Positions 28,853-37,526 of a DNA stretch of 64,000 bases are shown piece after piece. Origin of the DNA: an uncultured bacterium (GTDB lineage Bacteria; Verrucomicrobiota; Kiritimatiellia; RFP12; UBA1067); assembly GCA_902780865.1 (NCBI GenBank), contig CACZHC010000048.1, forward strand, positions 2,890-66,889. Reading direction: 5' to 3'. Position numbers and translations under genes: made by a program. How positions within the stretch are numbered: position 1 is the stretch's first letter; every line of letters starts with the position of its first letter. Under the pieces are notes generated by a model. It was not told the DNA's origin and ran no database searches. It saw only the letters and a list, made by a program, of their open reading frames with translations.

Positions 28853-29098
28853 TTACGCATTTGAAAACTGCAGCGGGTAGTCTTTGCCGCCTATTTCAAT
28901 CTGAAGCTTTAGAATACCGCCAAGTGCGCTGGAAATATGAAGGCGATCAGCAACCTCCACCTGCGTGACACCAAGCTCGCGGCGAATCTGCGACAAGACA
29001 TATTCGCGGTTCATATCTGAAGCCGCAGTTTCATTTGCCGCCCTGCGCTCTGGCGACATCTTATCACGCAAACGATTAAAGGAACGATGTCCGCTCAT
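28853..29098 (-). CDS. XRE-family HTH antitoxin (HigA-like), short variant
   Basis: 81-aa ORF MSGHRSFNRLRDKMSPERRAANE...LSQIRRELGVTQVEVADRLHIS. It overlaps the upstream toxin stop by 4 nt. It appears to lack about 25 aa relative to usual family members. Confidence 0.75.
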   Translation of the reverse strand: MSGHRSFNRLRDKMSPERRAANETAASDMNREYVLSQIRRELGVTQVEVADRLHISSALGGILKLQIEIGGKDYPLQFSNA

Positions 29099-29463
29099 GA
29101 TTTGTCCTCCTGTTTTATTTCTTTTAGATGTTCCTCAAATATACGCTCCGCTTTGGGCACATTTTCGATATACCACCGGTCATTTCCTGTCTTATCACCT
29201 CCAATAAGCAACAAAGCAGATCGAGCAGGATCAAAAGCATACAGAATTCTTATGGGATGCCCGTCGCTCTGGATGCGAAGCTCTCGCATTGCAAACCTTG
29301 CGCCATTGATTGCAGAGGAATACGGGAAGCCGAGCGTCGGGCCATGTTCTTCAAGAAGCATGACGACACGGTCGATATCGTCTTGCATCCCTTCCGCAAG
29401 TTCTACCCACCATGTCTCAAACTCATCAGTGTATTCAACTGTCCAATTTTTGTTCACGCACAT
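29095..29463 (-). CDS. RelE/ParE-superfamily toxin (phage Gp49-like, HigB-type)
   Basis: 122-aa ORF. WTVEYTDEFETWW...LLEEHGPTLGFPYSSAINGARFAMRELRIQSDGHPIRILYAFDPARSALLLIGGDKTGNDRWY is a textbook Gp49/RelE family sequence. Confidence 0.9.
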   Translation of the reverse strand: MCVNKNWTVEYTDEFETWWVELAEGMQDDIDRVVMLLEEHGPTLGFPYSSAINGARFAMRELRIQSDGHPIRILYAFDPARSALLLIGGDKTGNDRWYIENVPKAERIFEEHLKEIKQEDKS

Positions 29464-29493
29464 AGTATAGCATATTTCCTATATCGCGGTCAA
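29464..29493 (-). promoter_or_regulatory. Sigma70 promoter TTGACC-18-TATACT for the RelE/XRE operon
   Basis: The minus strand reads gattgaccgcgatataggaaatatgctatactatg. The transcript would be essentially leaderless. Confidence 0.45.
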
Positions 29494-29520
29494 TCGCCGT
29501 TCGCTGTGCCCTTGCGCTCT

Positions 29521-29689
29521 ATTGGAAACAACATAAACAACTTTTGAAAACAACTTTTTCTGTCTGGTAGGGGCGGCTCGGCACTCGCTTCGCTCGGCTT
29601 GGCTCGCTACAAATCGCGAGCCCCGCTTACGCGGCGGTTACCTCCGTGCCGTCCGCATACAACGGACGCCTCGGAGAGGCGTCCCTACC
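29521..29689. repeat. Intergenic repeat module: GTTGTTT-iteration block plus extended (124-nt) GGTAGGGGCG...CGTCCCTACC multi-hairpin element
   Basis: ttggaaacaacataaacaacttttgaaaacaactttttctgtct, then ggtaggggcggctcggcactcgc...cggacgcctcggagaggcgtccctacc. It is near-identical at both ends to 30491-30894. Confidence 0.8.
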
Positions 29690-29730
29690 AACACCATGCC
29701 CGGCTCGCTTTCACGCTCCATAAACAAAAA

Positions 29731-29752
29731 CCCGCGGCGTTTCTGCCGCGCG
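29731..29752 (-). terminator. Terminator module (slightly degenerate) 6 nt after the vapC stop
   Basis: cccgcggcgtttctgccgcgcgg, preceded by aaacaaaaa on the plus strand. Confidence 0.5.
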
Positions 29753-29757
29753 GCAAG

Positions 29758-30159
29758 TTAGCCAACAACTCTCTCCAACAATGGCACATTGCCAAAGTGA
29801 GCATCTAACGAATGCACCACCGCCCCTTTCGTGATTGCGCATGCCGCAATCCATAAGTCATTTTGCGGAATTGGCGTTCCGTTTGCCTTCAGAACTCTAA
29901 AAATCCTGGCATACGCATTTGCGACATCTTCAGTAACTCCCACAATCTTTACTGCCGTGGAATCAAGAAACATCTCAAGCGCCGAAAGCTGTTGGTGACC
30001 TACAGCCGTTTCGACAGCGACTCCAGCCTTGTATTCACCGATCACAACAGTGGGAACAAGAATTTGCTCATAAGTCGACACTACTTTCGCGATTTTCTCG
30101 TTCCCGCGAAGGAACTTTATCAAAACATTTGTATCGAGCAATAGCGGCATCATTTCCAC
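29758..30159 (-). CDS. vapC: PIN-domain ribonuclease toxin VapC (copy 1)
   Basis: 133-aa ORF. LLLDTNVLIKFL and NDLWIAACAI are PIN motifs. The GTG/ATG start overlaps the antitoxin stop. Confidence 0.85.
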   Translation of the reverse strand: MEMMPLLLDTNVLIKFLRGNEKIAKVVSTYEQILVPTVVIGEYKAGVAVETAVGHQQLSALEMFLDSTAVKIVGVTEDVANAYARIFRVLKANGTPIPQNDLWIAACAITKGAVVHSLDAHFGNVPLLERVVG

Positions 30160-30410
30160 ATCTCCTCGTCAATCGTGCCAAATGCTGACTGCGTCGCCTC
30201 AAGCTCGCTACAATCTGTATCTTTTAGAATGCCGCAGAATTTCCCAAGATCATTCCGCGGCTCCGTGGCACGACAGCGCGCAAATCCGATAATGGGGGCG
30301 ATAATTTCCTTTAGCGCAGCATTGACGCTTACTCCCTTTTTGTCGGAATACGCTCGAATTGCATATATGAAATCACTCTCAGCCCTAAAAGTTAATGCGG
30401 CAATAGCCAT
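30150..30410 (-). CDS. vapB: VapB-type antitoxin (copy 1)
   Basis: 86-aa ORF directly upstream of, and overlapping, vapC. It shares the C-terminal IDEEMWK and the RAY.D..G.S.N core with the ORF at 36371..36616. Confidence 0.65.
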   Translation of the reverse strand: MAIAALTFRAESDFIYAIRAYSDKKGVSVNAALKEIIAPIIGFARCRATEPRNDLGKFCGILKDTDCSELEATQSAFGTIDEEMWK

Positions 30411-30442
30411 GACATCCTCCTTGCATCATTTTTATGCATCAT

Positions 30443-30471
30443 ATTATGGCATTATTTTGCATCACTGTCAA
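30443..30471 (-). promoter_or_regulatory. Sigma70 promoter TTGACA-17-CATAAT for vapBC-1 (shared promoter module)
   Basis: The minus strand reads ggattgacagtgatgcaaaataatgccataatatg. It is near-identical to 26366-26400. Confidence 0.55.
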
Positions 30472-30490
30472 TCCCCTTCAGTGTTATATT

Positions 30491-30894
30491 GGAAAACAAC
30501 ATAAACAACATTTGAAAACAACTTTTTCTGTCTGGTAGGGGCGGCTCGGCACTCGCGTTGCTCGGCTTGGCTCGCTACAAACCGCGAGCCCCGCTTACGC
30601 GGCGGTTACCTCCGTGCCGACCGCGCACACCGGACGCCCTGGTAGGGGCGGCACTCCGTGCCGACCGCGCACCCACAAATATGGGCGTGGCGCAATTGTC
30701 TTCTCATGCGCCCCTCTACCCCAACTCTCGCATGCGCCCGATTTTTTCATTTCCTGCGGCGCCTGCCGCAGCGGTCACGCCGGAGGCGTGCCCCTACCAG
30801 CGAACCCATCGGTAGGGGCGGCAACACCGCTTCGGTAGGGGCGGCACCCCGTGCCGTCCGCGTACAACGGACGCCTCGGAGAGGCGTCCCTACC
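30491..30894. repeat. Expanded intergenic repeat cluster: GTTGTTT block plus several nested GGTAGGGGCG / CCCCTACC half-elements
   Basis: ggtaggggcgg occurs at about 30534, 30640, 30813 and 30829. cccctacc occurs at about 30790 and 30887. The ends match 29521-29689. Confidence 0.8.
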
Positions 30895-30935
30895 AACACC
30901 ATGCCCAGCTGGCTTTCACGCTCCATAAACAAAAA

Positions 30936-30957
30936 CCCGCGGCGTTTCTGCCGCGGG
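30936..30957 (-). terminator. Intrinsic terminator (conserved module) after the 843-aa gene
   Basis: The minus strand reads aaagcccgcggcagaaacgccgcgggtttttgttt. Confidence 0.65.
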
Positions 30958-30984
30958 CTTTGTTTTGTGTTCTTCAGTGATCTC

Positions 30985-33516
30985 TTACTGGAGGAACGCC
31001 TTGAAGAACGTACCGGTCGAGCTCTCGGTCTTGCAACCGACGTCAGAGTACTGCTTCACAACAACCTCGCCGTTGTAGCCGCGCTCGTTATAGCTCGTCG
31101 TCGTCGCCGTGACCCACTTCGACTGCGTGGTATCGTAGCTAATCGACGTGAACTTGAACGCCGCCTTCGCATCTGCAACCTCGCTCGGCTTGCAGTTCAG
31201 GAGGTAAGCTTCCTCGTTCGAGCCAGACGCATCCGGGAAGTCAGCAGCACTGATTTCAGCATACGCCGCCCAAGTGTCATACTTGGTCTTTTCCGTATCG
31301 TCGATGTAGCTCGGATAGGTCTTACCACCCTTCTCCGTCGGACCAGGAATCGCGACAGTGCCAGCCTCAGAGACCTCGATGGTGATCTCACCATCCTGGC
31401 CAGCCGTCCAGCCGGTCGGCGGCGTGGCATACTCATAGTTCGCGGCGGGCGTCGCGGTGATAACGATCGTCTGACCGACCGTGACCGTAAGGACGTCATT
31501 ATCGGGCGTAATCGCCGATCCACCAACCTTGTAGGCCGCGGCATACGTCGTGTTGTTGGTCGGAATCACGGTGACCGTGTAGGTGCCAAGCGTCTGCACC
31601 GTCGGACCAGGAATCGCGACCGTGCCAGCCTCAGAGACCTCGATGGTGATCACACCCTCGGAGAGCGTCCAGCCGGTCGGCTCCTCAGCATACTCGTAGC
31701 CCGAGTTCGGCGTCGCGGTGATTACGATCGTCTGACCGACCGTGACCGTAAGGACGTCGTTATCAGGCGTAATTGCCGTGTTATCCGACTTGTATGCCGC
31801 AGTGTAGGTCGCATTCGCAGTCGGCGTCACCGTGACCTGGTAGGTTCCAATCGGCTGCGCACCGCCGCCAACCTGGAAGTAGTTGTTTTCAATTGCCGTT
31901 GCTGTTACACTACCGTCAACAAAGCTGTTGAGGTAGAAGTTCGTATCGCCAATTTCCTCTGGGCAGTTGAGGAACTTGCCACCAAAGAGCGTGAGACCAA
32001 AAGACTCGGAATCAATGACAATTGCGGCATCAAAAGAACCTCCATAGATGGTTGTAGTTCCGCCGCCAATGATGACCGCGCCTGATCCGCCAGTAACATG
32101 GCCAATCTCGGCCGTGCTATTGGTGATAATAAGGTTGGCAGCACCATTGTTGATGCCATATTCGGTACCCGTTATCGTCTTGCCTGCAAGGTCAATGATG
32201 ATATTCCCTCCGTCACTCAGCTCAATGTCACTATGCATAGCGTCAGCTGTATAATTCGCAACAAGCTTAAGGGTACCATAGGTATCGCCCGACTTTAGTG
32301 CCGCAGCTACGGCATCCGAAATCTTGTCATACTTTACTCCATTGACCTCAAAGTACGGGAACATCGACACGATGTTGCATATCTCACCAGAAGCAAGATC
32401 AACAAAGCTGCTGGTTGCAGAATCCCACGAACCATTCTTGTCAGTTGTGAATGTGCCAGCTTCCCAACCAGACGCAAACGTTACGTCAACGAGGACTGCA
32501 CCTTTGTCGGGATTAATATCTACGCTTCCCGCAGTGCCAGCAGAAAAGCCAGCGACCGACTCACCATTGAGCGTGAGAGTCGCAACATGCTCATCCCATG
32601 TGACGGTAACCACCGAAGACTCCTGAATGAAGCTCGGCTTTGTCGCCGTGAACGAAACATCGTCAATGAAGCCATTGCCGGAGAAGGCAACAGAGGAAAT
32701 AGTGCTGCCGCCAATATCTTCCGCCGCAACTGCGCTCGGGAAGAGCGCGTGCTTGCCGGAGTTGTAGAACGTCTGGGCAAGAGCATTTAGGGTGCCGAAG
32801 CCAGCATCAACATCCGTGGAATATTCAAGCGTCTTCGTCATATTGCCATCAAGGTAAATGACGAAACCGACATTGCCGTCACCAACATCGGCAATCGTGC
32901 GAACCGTAAGACGATGCCACTCATCTTTGTTGAAGCCAGCGGGAACCGCTGCAACGTAGTTCGTCTGGACGATTTCCTGCCCGCCAACAAAGCCAGCGCG
33001 GATGACGAAGTTGGTGTAGCCCTCGTCGCCTTCCTCGGCCTCGTGCTCGACATACTCAATCGCAATCTTGTCGCCACCAGTCAGATCCTCAGCAAAGGCC
33101 TCATCGGCTGCCGTGAACTTCACGAGCGTGTCGAGGTAGATGCCATCGCTGCCAATGTCAACACCAGTAACGGACGAAGCCCCAGCGTTGGGAAGCGCAG
33201 TACGAACAAGCGGAGCCGTCGTATCAATTTGAAGGGACTTCGTGTTTGCCTGGTTCTGGTTGGCAAACAGATCAGGCCGACTCACGCTTTGACCCGCGAC
33301 ATCATTGGTAATCGCACCGAGCTCGTCGGTCGCAGGGGCCGTGGAGTACCAATAGAATTCGCTTCCGCTAGGGTCGCCCGAATCATCTTTGTTGACAACA
33401 CCGCCAACATCTACGGGGCCTTCGGTCAAGGCCTCAAAACTTGTGCCAGTTGGAAGGTCACCGAACGAGAACATCGTCGTCGCGGCGGCTGCCAATGCAA
33501 TCATTAGTTTTTTCAT
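30985..33516 (-). CDS. Secreted 843-aa protein: LamG-like N-domain, beta-helix-like middle, two 88-aa Ig-like tandem repeats
   Basis: Signal peptide MKKLMIALAAAATTMFSFG. WHRLTVRTIADVGDGNVGFVIYLDGN is a LamG-like strand pattern. The repeat GTYxVTVxPT.N.TY.AAYK....AITPDNDVLTVTVGQTIVITATP occurs twice. Confidence 0.85.
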   Translation of the reverse strand: MKKLMIALAAAATTMFSFGDLPTGTSFEALTEGPVDVGGVVNKDDSGDPSGSEFYWYSTAPATDELGAITNDVAGQSVSRPDLFANQNQANTKSLQIDTTAPLVRTALPNAGASSVTGVDIGSDGIYLDTLVKFTAADEAFAEDLTGGDKIAIEYVEHEAEEGDEGYTNFVIRAGFVGGQEIVQTNYVAAVPAGFNKDEWHRLTVRTIADVGDGNVGFVIYLDGNMTKTLEYSTDVDAGFGTLNALAQTFYNSGKHALFPSAVAAEDIGGSTISSVAFSGNGFIDDVSFTATKPSFIQESSVVTVTWDEHVATLTLNGESVAGFSAGTAGSVDINPDKGAVLVDVTFASGWEAGTFTTDKNGSWDSATSSFVDLASGEICNIVSMFPYFEVNGVKYDKISDAVAAALKSGDTYGTLKLVANYTADAMHSDIELSDGGNIIIDLAGKTITGTEYGINNGAANLIITNSTAEIGHVTGGSGAVIIGGGTTTIYGGSFDAAIVIDSESFGLTLFGGKFLNCPEEIGDTNFYLNSFVDGSVTATAIENNYFQVGGGAQPIGTYQVTVTPTANATYTAAYKSDNTAITPDNDVLTVTVGQTIVITATPNSGYEYAEEPTGWTLSEGVITIEVSEAGTVAIPGPTVQTLGTYTVTVIPTNNTTYAAAYKVGGSAITPDNDVLTVTVGQTIVITATPAANYEYATPPTGWTAGQDGEITIEVSEAGTVAIPGPTEKGGKTYPSYIDDTEKTKYDTWAAYAEISAADFPDASGSNEEAYLLNCKPSEVADAKAAFKFTSISYDTTQSKWVTATTTSYNERGYNGEVVVKQYSDVGCKTESSTGTFFKAFLQ
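31339..31866. repeat. Intragenic tandem duplication, 2 x 264 bp
   Basis: cggaccaggaatcgcgac[ac]gtgccagcctcagagacctcgatggtgatc starts both units, at 31339 and 31603. Differences between the units are of all base types. Confidence 0.85.
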
Positions 33517-33611
33517 TTTGTTACTCCTGATTTGTCTTTGAAATTTGTGTGCACACTTTTTCTAGACACGCACATCATACCAAATTTCTTTCTCCCCCGC
33601 AAGGGGGAAAA

Positions 33612-33646
33612 TTAAAAAATTTTCACCCGCCTGGGGGAAGCGGGTG
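33612..33646 (-). terminator. Intrinsic terminator after abiEii
   Basis: The minus strand reads cacccgcttcccccaggcgggtgaaaatttttt. Confidence 0.55.
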
Positions 33647-33677
33647 GAGGATGGGGAGAACTGTGGGAGAGGGCGAG

Positions 33678-34721
33678 TTAAGAGTGGGAAAGCATTCGAT
33701 CCAATAGCACAAGGTAGGAGAATGCCTCCCGGCTACGATCCCGAAAGTTTTTCAGCCTTAGGAGATCTGGACTTGTCAACTTTTCATCAAAATACTTATC
33801 AGGATCAGAAACAGACTCGAAAGAACGGTTCTTGATTAGACATTGAGCCGCGTACATGACCTTGACAGCCTGAAGGGCGGCCGCCTCCGCAGAATAGCTT
33901 TCAGAGAAAATATGTCCACTCATGCCCCTGCACCCTTTCACATACGCCCGATAGTCGCTTGGCGATATTCTGCCTCTTGTCGCTATGCATAGCGCCGATT
34001 CGTATGTGTCCAACAGCGTCTCTTCGGGCGAGACTGACAGCCCCCGGTAGGCAATCTCACGCAACGCCACGGCATAATATGTCTTCCTGACCGCTTCAAA
34101 ATCTTCGACAGCGTCAAAGAGCGTTGCAACATCATAAAACTGCTTCATGATCTCCATATCCTTGTCAACGCCGAGCGGAATGCCAATCGTATGCGGGGCA
34201 AAAGCTGTAAGTTTGTCGCCAAGAATGCTGTCGACATCCGGGATGTGGACATTTAATGGCTCACCCTCGGTCAGCAACAATCCATTCTCTATCGGTCGTT
34301 CGACTATGTTTGTGTACTGGGCCTCCTCAAACAATATATCAAGCAGAATATAAGACGGCCGTCCCGCCACTGGCGAATCATATGAAAACTTGAAGTGGCG
34401 TTTCTCGATTGCACCGTGCTTCTTGCGAATCTGCTCGGTGCTCGTCACGAATGGGAAGATTACCTGTGCCTTTTCTATGAATGCCTCTACATCTATCTCA
34501 GGAGCCACAACAATGTCTATGTCCGTCGACAGCCGTCTGGGGCTTTTGACGAGGAACATGAGACATGTCCCGCCCTTGAAGACGAATGGTAAACCGACTC
34601 GTGCAAGCGCCTCCAGCAAACCGCAGGCATATACTGTCCGCTCCAACAAAAGCGGATCGCGATGATACTGCCCGCGCAGGGAATTTACATGATCAAGCGT
34701 GAAATTTTCTTTTTTTAACAT
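33678..34721 (-). CDS. abiEii: AbiEii/AbiGii-family nucleotidyltransferase toxin (type IV TA / abortive infection)
   Basis: 347-aa ORF. LPFVFKGGTCLMFL...RLSTDIDIVV is the NTase signature of DUF1814/AbiEii. It sits in a low-GC segment. Confidence 0.85.
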   Translation of the reverse strand: MLKKENFTLDHVNSLRGQYHRDPLLLERTVYACGLLEALARVGLPFVFKGGTCLMFLVKSPRRLSTDIDIVVAPEIDVEAFIEKAQVIFPFVTSTEQIRKKHGAIEKRHFKFSYDSPVAGRPSYILLDILFEEAQYTNIVERPIENGLLLTEGEPLNVHIPDVDSILGDKLTAFAPHTIGIPLGVDKDMEIMKQFYDVATLFDAVEDFEAVRKTYYAVALREIAYRGLSVSPEETLLDTYESALCIATRGRISPSDYRAYVKGCRGMSGHIFSESYSAEAAALQAVKVMYAAQCLIKNRSFESVSDPDKYFDEKLTSPDLLRLKNFRDRSREAFSYLVLLDRMLSHS

Positions 34722-34724
34722 AAG

Positions 34725-35534
34725 TCACCTCGTCAAAAGATTGACGCCAGCATGTTCGGTCAGGAGTATCTTCAATCGACCTTCTGCATTTCTTCGACGG
34801 GCATAGCGGAACAACCTGCTTTCATCGATTGCGTAGCGCGCAAATATCTCCGCACAGGCACCTGGCAAATCTGCTCCATTGAAGTTTTGCCGGATAAGCG
34901 GTTCCTCAAACAAGTCAACCAGCCACTTTTCCACCGGAGCCATTCCATTTGACTCCATGTTTCGTGGTTCTTCACTCAGCCCATCGAGAAGAACAACCAT
35001 GTTTTCAACTCTATATCGGAAGTACTCTTCCTCTGTCGGCTTCAACAGGACTCGCCCAGAGAACCGCTTATGCAGTACTTGGAACAGGAAATCGGACATC
35101 CCATTCCCAACATAGACAAAGATTGTGTTAATAGCAACCAAATGATTGACAAACTCATTCATCTGGCGGGTTTCAAACACTGAGATTCGCATATCTGGAC
35201 ATTTTGACTGGATGTAGTCAACAATTTCCCTGCAACTCTCAGATGGTTGTGCCACATAACGAGTCCTACCATTTCTAGTCAGCATATACTGATTACGCCC
35301 TACACGAACAACCAATCCAGATCTTATAGCAGCCCTCAGACGACGATCTAATGTTGATTTAGACACAGTAGACCCTCGCTCAGAAAACAAGATAAATAGG
35401 TCTTTATGCGAGAAAATGCCTTTTCCCGCAATATTAGTTAATATATTATCAAATCCATCCATCTGACAGTTACGGCAAATCTGATGCTTATTTGCCGAAG
35501 ATGTCACATAGTATAGCAGTTTTATCCTTGCCAT
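34725..35534 (-). CDS. abiEi: AbiEi-like transcriptional antitoxin (wHTH N-domain); the start is possibly the internal ATG at about 35462
   Basis: It lies immediately upstream (3-nt gap) of abiEii, the classical operon order. The N-terminal SKSTLDRRLRAAIRSGLVVRVGRNQYML is wHTH-like. Confidence 0.6.
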   Translation of the reverse strand: MARIKLLYYVTSSANKHQICRNCQMDGFDNILTNIAGKGIFSHKDLFILFSERGSTVSKSTLDRRLRAAIRSGLVVRVGRNQYMLTRNGRTRYVAQPSESCREIVDYIQSKCPDMRISVFETRQMNEFVNHLVAINTIFVYVGNGMSDFLFQVLHKRFSGRVLLKPTEEEYFRYRVENMVVLLDGLSEEPRNMESNGMAPVEKWLVDLFEEPLIRQNFNGADLPGACAEIFARYAIDESRLFRYARRRNAEGRLKILLTEHAGVNLLTR

Positions 35535-35689
35535 GTCAACCCACCTGGGGGGAAGAGTTTTTAGGTGCCCGCCTAATCTTTAATATTCCCATCGCTTGTC
35601 CATAGTGGGTAATTCTGGATTTCCCATGGGGACCCAATGGTGGTCATCCATTTGGCAGTTGCGGCAATTCTAACGCGTGTTCGTGGTCG

Positions 35690-35960
35690 CGAGCAACATA
35701 ATGCCAACTGAATAACGCGGAGCATTTCCTGTTGCTTTCGTGTAGCCTTCGCGCGGACGCATCGCGCGAAGGCTGTTCGTGTACCGTGAAGACGGTTTTC
35801 GTGTCCGGCGGGCATGGCGAGCCCGACAGGGCGCGTCGTATGCGCCGCGGCGGACGAGACAACGTCTCAAGTCCGGACGCGGTGCAGACGGCGCAAATCG
35901 CCGCAGGCGATTCGACATGCCCGGCCGGCTTTCGTGGTCGCGCGTACGCGCCAAACTAGC
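35690..35960. repeat. GC-rich hairpin field with TTCGTGGTCGCG motifs (relative of 24480-24960)
   Basis: gtgttcgtggtcgcgagc, ggctttcgtggtcgcgcgtacgcgcc, and an 11-bp stem agccttcgcgc..gcgcgaaggct. Confidence 0.5.
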
Positions 35961-35969
35961 GACTAGCGA

Positions 35970-36380
35970 CTAACCGCAATAGCGCCAATCGAGAAAGGGG
36001 ATTGCTTCAAAATGACGATCGGATGAATACAAAATCCCTCTTGCCGACATAGCCTCTGCCGCGATCCAAATGTCATTGGTCGGGATCATCGTTCCCTGCT
36101 TTCGCAGCGCGTCGAAAATCTTGGCGTAGAACCGTCCCGTCTCTTCGTCTGGGTGGTGGACCGAAGTTCCCGGCGTGGCGAGAAGGTCTTCGAGCAGCGC
36201 CCGCTCTTTGTTCGCCGCCTCTCCGCGCCGCGCAATCCCTGCGAGCAGTTCCGCGTATGTTGCCAATGGGATTACCAGCCGAGAAGAGTTCATTACCGCT
36301 CGGCGCACCTCGCGGCTCGTCCCCTTGAAGAGATGAATGACGGCGCTTGTATCGAGAATTGCCGTTGGATTCACTTCCAC
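35970..36380 (-). CDS. vapC: PIN-domain toxin VapC (copy 2)
   Basis: 136-aa ORF. ILDTSAVIHLF and NDIWIAAEAM are PIN motifs. It is a paralog of 29758..30159. Confidence 0.85.
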   Translation of the reverse strand: MEVNPTAILDTSAVIHLFKGTSREVRRAVMNSSRLVIPLATYAELLAGIARRGEAANKERALLEDLLATPGTSVHHPDEETGRFYAKIFDALRKQGTMIPTNDIWIAAEAMSARGILYSSDRHFEAIPFLDWRYCG

Positions 36381-36616
36381 ATCTCCTCGTCAATTTTCCG
36401 CATTTCACTGATTTCGCGGGTCCAGGCGCTTGAGTCAATTTCCGGCATCGCCCCATAGAACTTGCTCCAGGGCGTCGCATTGTCTTTCTTGGAAAGGCCG
36501 AGAATAGGCGTTAGAATGTCTTTGACCGTCTGGTTGATGCTTTTCCCCAACCCATCGGCGTATGCACGCAGCGCCTCGGCAAACGGCTCGTCGGCATGTA
36601 TCGTCATCGTTACCAT
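36371..36616 (-). CDS. vapB: VapB-type antitoxin (copy 2)
   Basis: 81-aa ORF overlapping vapC-2. It ends KIDEEMWK, like copy 1. Confidence 0.65.
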   Translation of the reverse strand: MVTMTIHADEPFAEALRAYADGLGKSINQTVKDILTPILGLSKKDNATPWSKFYGAMPEIDSSAWTREISEMRKIDEEMWK

Positions 36617-36656
36617 GATTTACTCCGCGATTCACTGATTTGTTTTATGATTCACT

Positions 36657-36685
36657 ATTATCTCATAATCCCCCGCCGAAGTCAA
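36657..36685 (-). promoter_or_regulatory. Sigma70 promoter TTGACT-17-GATAAT for vapBC-2
   Basis: The minus strand reads ctattgacttcggcgggggattatgagataatag. Confidence 0.45.
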
Positions 36686-36840
36686 TAGGGGGCAGGGGGC
36701 GGGGGGGCAGGAGTTAGGGGTTAGGGGGCGGCGGAGGTGGAGCGAAGGTCCGAGCGAGGGGATACGGCGTATTCGCCGAGGGATCCCCGAGGAGGAGCCT
36801 TCGGCCACCGCAGACGCCTACCACATTAAAGCGGTATTTT

Positions 36841-36895
36841 GGGGACAGACCCTCCGATAGCCAATAAAATCAAGGGTTCAAGAGGGTCTGTCCCC
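36841..36895. repeat. Hairpin repeat GGGGACAGACCC-(28-nt loop with CCAATAAAATCAAGGGTTC)-GGGTCTGTCCCC, copy 1
   Basis: It is almost identical to 46249-46303. Both sit just after the stop of the upstream minus-strand gene. Confidence 0.8.
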
Positions 36896-36920
36896 GAGTT
36901 TTTGCGCACCCAACCATCCT

Positions 36921-37526
36921 CTATCTCCCTGGTGCGTTGGTGGACGCGTTGAGTATCGCGGAGTCAATAGCAAATGCCAAGTTTGAAGCAACGCAATTGT
37001 CGGACGCCTCAACGCTTACATACACATTGTTGCGAACAAAATCGAAGCAATTGGAGCATCCCTGTGGAAATGCCGTAAAACAAACATCGCCAATCGAAGC
37101 GTAGACACCTTGTGCACGCGGAAAAGGCTGGACCGCCGCGCATTGGGAGAATCTCTGCACCATGACCTCGACAGCCGATGAAAATGAGTTGGTTTCCACA
37201 ACAAGGAGACTTCCATCACCAGTTGGATTGCCTGTTTCCCAGATCAGGTCCACCACAACCGAGGAGTCCGATGCGGCATTTGTAGCCACATTAGCCCCAC
37301 CAAGGCAACCAACCAGCGTGGGTGCCCACCAATTTGTTGCGGCCGCTTGATATGTCATCCTCGGAGACCACTCTTCAAATCCATATATGGACGACATCTT
37401 CTGCCTGCCCATTCCAGCACAACAGCGAAGCTGGACAGACATGGACAGCAATGCCGTCACAGCAATGGCGCTCGCAAGCACTGCCACAAGTCTACCCATT
37501 CTCCTTTGCGCAACAACACACATCAT
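36921..37526 (-). CDS. Small exported protein, paralog A (hypothetical)
   Basis: 201-aa ORF with a hydrophobic N-terminus. Its C-terminal FVRNNVYVSVEA...AFAIDSAILNASTNAPGR parallels the C-terminus of the neighbouring ORF. Confidence 0.65.
   Translation of the reverse strand: MMCVVAQRRMGRLVAVLASAIAVTALLSMSVQLRCCAGMGRQKMSSIYGFEEWSPRMTYQAAATNWWAPTLVGCLGGANVATNAASDSSVVVDLIWETGNPTGDGSLLVVETNSFSSAVEVMVQRFSQCAAVQPFPRAQGVYASIGDVCFTAFPQGCSNCFDFVRNNVYVSVEASDNCVASNLAFAIDSAILNASTNAPGR

Noticed and set aside
26400-30960. Classical integron attC sites in the cassette spacers
   Set aside because: I could not find RYYYAAC...GTTRRRY core pairs at the spacer ends. The cassettes carry their own promoters and terminators, and no intI is in the window. 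Only the general organisation is integron-like.
30658-32085. Plus-strand 475-aa ORF
   Set aside because: It starts in the repeat cluster and then runs antisense to the 843-aa secreted protein. It is extremely R-rich.
27245-33516. Diversity-generating retroelement (Avd-like gene plus the repeated segment in the 843-aa gene)
   Set aside because: No reverse transcriptase ORF is present. The two 264-bp repeats lie inside one gene, and their differences are not adenine-specific.
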